Of a DNA stretch of 58,641 nt, positions 55,243 through 58,641 are shown one piece after another. The notes under the pieces are model-generated. The model was not told the origin of the DNA, searched no databases, and saw nothing but the letters and a program-made list of their open reading frames with translations. The translations under genes were made by a program, and so were the position numbers. Origin of the DNA: a virus (Duplodnaviria; Caudoviricetes); the IMG/VR virus record IMGVR_UViG_3300032303_000399, positions 1 through 58,641 of that record. One strand, written 5' to 3'. Each line of letters begins with the position of its first letter. Position 1 is the stretch's first letter.

Positions 55243-57242
55243 TGAAAAGAATATCAGACCTTTATAGGGTAATATTAGAAGGCGGCAATGTTAAAGTAGG
55301 TCCTAAGGGGCAGGAAACTTCGGCAGCTCCATTCTCTGTTACTGCTAAGAACCGAGGGGAAAGACGTGCGGATATTCAACAGGCGCTTGGATCTATTCAC
55401 GATACTTTTCATAACGAACACGGCGAACATTTATTTGGACCCGGTCAAGCTCATATAAGATCCGGTCATGCTTATACTGGTTCTACTAATGATCTAATGG
55501 GACACCATGTATCCCACGAAGAATTTGCTAAACACAAACCTTCTGTTGGAGATGTAGACGTACAGGTATCCCACGAGCACAAAGATAAACTAGGAGCTAC
55601 ATTAGCACCTGGTAAGCGCTTTGGTAAGTATACTGTAGTTGGCACTAAAAAGCACGGCAACGAAATCTCTGCTGTTATGAGACATGATACTGGCGAGCAT
55701 CATCAGTTCGACTTCCAAGGCGTACACCATCCAGGCTCAGAGGCAGAACGTTTTCTACATTCCTCTAATTGGCAAGATACAAAGGCTGGTATTAAGGGAG
55801 CACACCATAAGATTCTTCTTAATGCTGTTGCCGGAAATACACATAAGTTCTCTATTACACATGGTCTTCGTTCAAGAACAGACGATTCAGATCCAGGTGT
55901 TTCCCATCCTACTGAAGTAGCACACGCTATGTTTGGTCGTGATGCAGATCACCACGACATTCATTCTTTCCATGGTGTAACCCAACTCATTAATAAGCAC
56001 AAGTCACCAGAAGAAAAACAGGCTATCTATAATAAGTTTAAAGATAGTGTTTCTAAGATGAAAGGCATGAACCACGAACCTGCTTTAGAGCATCTTCGCA
56101 AGCACTTGGGTGTCCATGATACTGGAGTAAGTGAAGATAGTTTTATTACTTCTATAGAAAACTATATCAACGAAGATCTTAGAACTTGGTTCAACCAAAA
56201 GTGGGTCCGTATGGATACCAAGGGTAAGATCAAAGGTGATTGCGCTAGAGAAGAAGGTGAAGGCAAACCAAAGTGTCTTCCAATGGCTAAAGCACAAGCC
56301 ATGGACAAAGAAGATAGAGCCACTGCTGCTCGACGTAAGCGTAGAGAAGATCCGGTTGCTGATAGAGAAGGCAAAGGCGGAAAACCTATTAACGTTCGAA
56401 CAGAAGCAGCAAATCCAGCACAACAAGCTGCAATAGCTATCGCTATGAAGAAAGCTGGTAAGAAGCCACAGAACGAAGAAGTCCAACCCCTAGAAGAAAA
56501 AAATGCGCCTACTAATCCAGCTCTATGGTCTAGAGCAAAGTCTTTAGCTCGTCAGAAGTTTGATGTATATCCTTCTGCGTATGCTAATGGGTGGGCTGCT
56601 AAGTATTACAAGTCGAAAGGTGGCGGATGGAAAACCGTCAGTGAAGAGGCAATACATATTAATGAAGAAGCTGAACAGCATGCTCATATGTCATACCTAG
56701 GCGCCTCTCCTCATACACATGTCGGTCATCATACTGATGTAGGCGGTTCAATGGACGCAGCGCCTGCTGGTAAGAAGTTTATTGGGTTGTCAGGTAAGTC
56801 AGATGCGTTCTCTGACAAAGAGCGTGAAGATATTGCTAATAGACAATCCGGCGGCAATATAGAGTTTAAGACTGAAAAATCTCCAGGTTTTGCTATTGCC
56901 CGCGCATATAAATCTATGAAAGGCTCGGGTAAGAAGATCCTACACTTACACTTCGGACATGATAGAAAAGACTTTGCTGAAAAGTTAAAGGGCTCTATTG
57001 AAGCAGGTAAGATTCCTGAACTAGAAGGCAATAAGCCAGACGAAGTAAGATTGCATTTTCCTAAGGACGAAGGAAGATCACACGGCATGTCAGGTACTAA
57101 GATGCGTACAGCAGCAGCCGAAGGAGATCTTCCTACATATAAGAAACATTTAGGTCCTAATTTCTCGGATAAAGAAGCTAAAGGAATTATGGATCGTACG
57201 CGCGTAGGCCTTATGGCTGGTAAGATTAAGGTCAAAAGATGA
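55242..57242 (+). CDS. Modular putative internal polyprotein: Pol-beta-like NTase, small basic modules, HxGH nucleotidyltransferase-like domain
   Basis: TGS...GDVDV...QFDF; central modules bounded by INE/TE/LEE/SE; HVGHH and MSGTKMR. Confidence 0.65.
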   Translation: MKRISDLYRVILEGGNVKVGPKGQETSAAPFSVTAKNRGERRADIQQALGSIHDTFHNEHGEHLFGPGQAHIRSGHAYTGSTNDLMGHHVSHEEFAKHKPSVGDVDVQVSHEHKDKLGATLAPGKRFGKYTVVGTKKHGNEISAVMRHDTGEHHQFDFQGVHHPGSEAERFLHSSNWQDTKAGIKGAHHKILLNAVAGNTHKFSITHGLRSRTDDSDPGVSHPTEVAHAMFGRDADHHDIHSFHGVTQLINKHKSPEEKQAIYNKFKDSVSKMKGMNHEPALEHLRKHLGVHDTGVSEDSFITSIENYINEDLRTWFNQKWVRMDTKGKIKGDCAREEGEGKPKCLPMAKAQAMDKEDRATAARRKRREDPVADREGKGGKPINVRTEAANPAQQAAIAIAMKKAGKKPQNEEVQPLEEKNAPTNPALWSRAKSLARQKFDVYPSAYANGWAAKYYKSKGGGWKTVSEEAIHINEEAEQHAHMSYLGASPHTHVGHHTDVGGSMDAAPAGKKFIGLSGKSDAFSDKEREDIANRQSGGNIEFKTEKSPGFAIARAYKSMKGSGKKILHLHFGHDRKDFAEKLKGSIEAGKIPELEGNKPDEVRLHFPKDEGRSHGMSGTKMRTAAAEGDLPTYKKHLGPNFSDKEAKGIMDRTRVGLMAGKIKVKR

Positions 57243-57409
57243 AAACTTTAAAGCAGTTCATGTCTGAAATTAAAGTACCTGGCTTTAACGGACCGGTCGA
57301 AGTACCTAATGTCAAGATACGTATGGCAGATGGAAAAATTAAATCCCTACCGCCCGGTAAGTCAGGTTCTTCTGGAGGCGGCGGCGCTGGAGGGAGCGGC
57401 GGAGAATGA
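57239..57409 (+). CDS. 56-aa putative internal protein with a Gly/Ser tail
   Basis: MKTLKQFMSE...GKSGSSGGGGAGGSGGE; coupled to both neighbours. Confidence 0.65.
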   Translation: MKTLKQFMSEIKVPGFNGPVEVPNVKIRMADGKIKSLPPGKSGSSGGGGAGGSGGE

Positions 57410-57744
57410 AAAACTTTAAGTCCTGGCTAGCGGAGACATCAACTAATGTGTCTGCTGGATTCGGTGTTCGAGGCCTAGGGGATGTGTCTGGTCAACCAAC
57501 CGGAGATATTTCTAACTATGCAATGTCTAATTCTTCTGAACAAGAAAAACTAACTAATAATACTCAACAGATGATAGACGATCATAATAACATTATGAAT
57601 AACGATGCTATAGCCGGAGATGTTACTGATGGCAATGTTCCTAAAGTTCCAACATATAGACCTGCTGGGGGTAATCGTGTACCGGATATAGCCAGCGCAG
57701 AAGATAGAACCAAAGATACTATACTAAAAGCGAAGAAGAAATAA
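57406..57744 (+). CDS. Putative internal protein
   Basis: MKNFKSWLAE N-terminus. Confidence 0.65.
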   Translation: MKNFKSWLAETSTNVSAGFGVRGLGDVSGQPTGDISNYAMSNSSEQEKLTNNTQQMIDDHNNIMNNDAIAGDVTDGNVPKVPTYRPAGGNRVPDIASAEDRTKDTILKAKKK

Positions 57745-57745
57745 T

Positions 57746-58641
57746 ATGGCTCAGTATAACGCTAACACAGCATCATTTCTAGGGCAAACAAAAACACTTT
57801 TCGATGTTAATATGCTGGCGACTAAAAATGGACAGCCCGTTTCTAATACTAATCCGTTACCTGTTACCTTAGGTTCAAATAATATTACGATTACAGGTAG
57901 TGTTAATATTGGTACAACTGTAGAAGTATCGAGTACTCCTGAAAATCCCGTTCATAATCATATTACTGAAGTTGGAACATCAGGATTATTAACCGTACCT
58001 TATGTACCAGTTGGTGGTAATGTTTCAATATACAATAGCAACGGTAGCGCAATTACCAATGCTAATCCAATTTCAATTCAAATTATTAAAAACGGATTGC
58101 CAGTTAGTGATACTGTGGCGTTACCAACTCGTGTTCTTAACGATGAAGCCTTGATTTCATATGCTCGTCACAAGGCAGTAACTGAAGCGGAAGTATTGGG
58201 TGCCTATTTGATTGATAAGAGTGGTGCCACAGAAACGTTGGGCGTTACCGCTACTACTATGAGTACTGTGTGGGGTGGAACCGGATTGTATCCTTGGACC
58301 ACATTCACGGGTACTGGTGATAAAATTTATATCAAGTCTGTTACCAATGATCCAAAGGTTCAAGGTAAGTCTGTAACTATTGAAGGATTAGATAGCAACT
58401 ATGATATCCTTATAGAAACAGTGACACTACACGCCACCGATACCACAATACCTGTAAGTACTGTTAATAACTTTTATAGAACTAATAAAATGTATTTGAC
58501 AGGCAATAATACTAATAGTCTGCCGCATGATTATAATATAGAACTCACATATGGCAGTAGTAGCGGTACACTTGTAGGTAAGATGAATGCTCCTTGGGGT
58601 CGTGGTCAAAACTGCTTCTACACTGTGCCGAGAGGATATGA
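57746..58641 (+). CDS. Putative virion structural protein (3'-truncated by window)
   Basis: MAQYNANT...VSNTNPLPV; Thr/Val/Gly-rich; open to the window end; in the late operon. Confidence 0.65.
   Translation, partial: MAQYNANTASFLGQTKTLFDVNMLATKNGQPVSNTNPLPVTLGSNNITITGSVNIGTTVEVSSTPENPVHNHITEVGTSGLLTVPYVPVGGNVSIYNSNGSAITNANPISIQIIKNGLPVSDTVALPTRVLNDEALISYARHKAVTEAEVLGAYLIDKSGATETLGVTATTMSTVWGGTGLYPWTTFTGTGDKIYIKSVTNDPKVQGKSVTIEGLDSNYDILIETVTLHATDTTIPVSTVNNFYRTNKMYLTGNNTNSLPHDYNIELTYGSSSGTLVGKMNAPWGRGQNCFYTVPRGY

Noticed and set aside
489-58609. Many 60-170 aa antisense or alternate-frame ORFs overlapping core genes (e.g. 613-1014, 16614-17144, 30940-31407, 56729-57235)
   Set aside because: They are shadows of strongly biased coding frames, with no RBS or motifs.
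1-58641. Stop-codon reassignment or a diversity-generating retroelement
   Set aside because: Core genes are full length in the standard code, and no reverse transcriptase or A-specific variable repeat pair was seen.

Overview
A 58.6-kb AT-rich segment of a T4-like myovirus genome, almost all on the + strand. The host is probably an alphaproteobacterium; this is an inference from the tRNA-Ile2 sequence, a ROSE-like element and a high-GC island. Core genes are gp21 (partial), gp22, gp23, gp3, uvsY, uvsW, gp55, gp47, gp46, gp45, gp44, gp62, regA, gp43, uvsX and gp41. Accessory content includes a 7-deazaguanine DNA-modification cluster (queE, dexA, PRTase, queD, folE, dpdA/TGT-like, a PLP-dependent class V enzyme, queC, then denV and a PD-(D/E)XK nuclease), two tRNAs, two free-standing GIY-YIG/NUMOD3 homing endonucleases, an M15A+GH19 endolysin, glycosyl-/methyltransferase clusters and seven copies of a ~60-bp early promoter-RBS cassette. 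Up to seven ORFs carry T4-type capsid-targeting N-termini. Top leads: (1) a PLP enzyme wedged between dpdA and queC, suggesting an undescribed 7-deazaguanine derivative, with a preQ1-like pseudoknot upstream of queD; (2) a protease-released internal-protein cargo system, including an 85-aa basic insert in gp22 bounded by a 17-bp direct repeat encoding EQIDE, and a late operon of capsid-targeted nuclease-, ligase- and nucleotidyltransferase-like proteins. All calls come from reading motifs by eye; no database searches were run.
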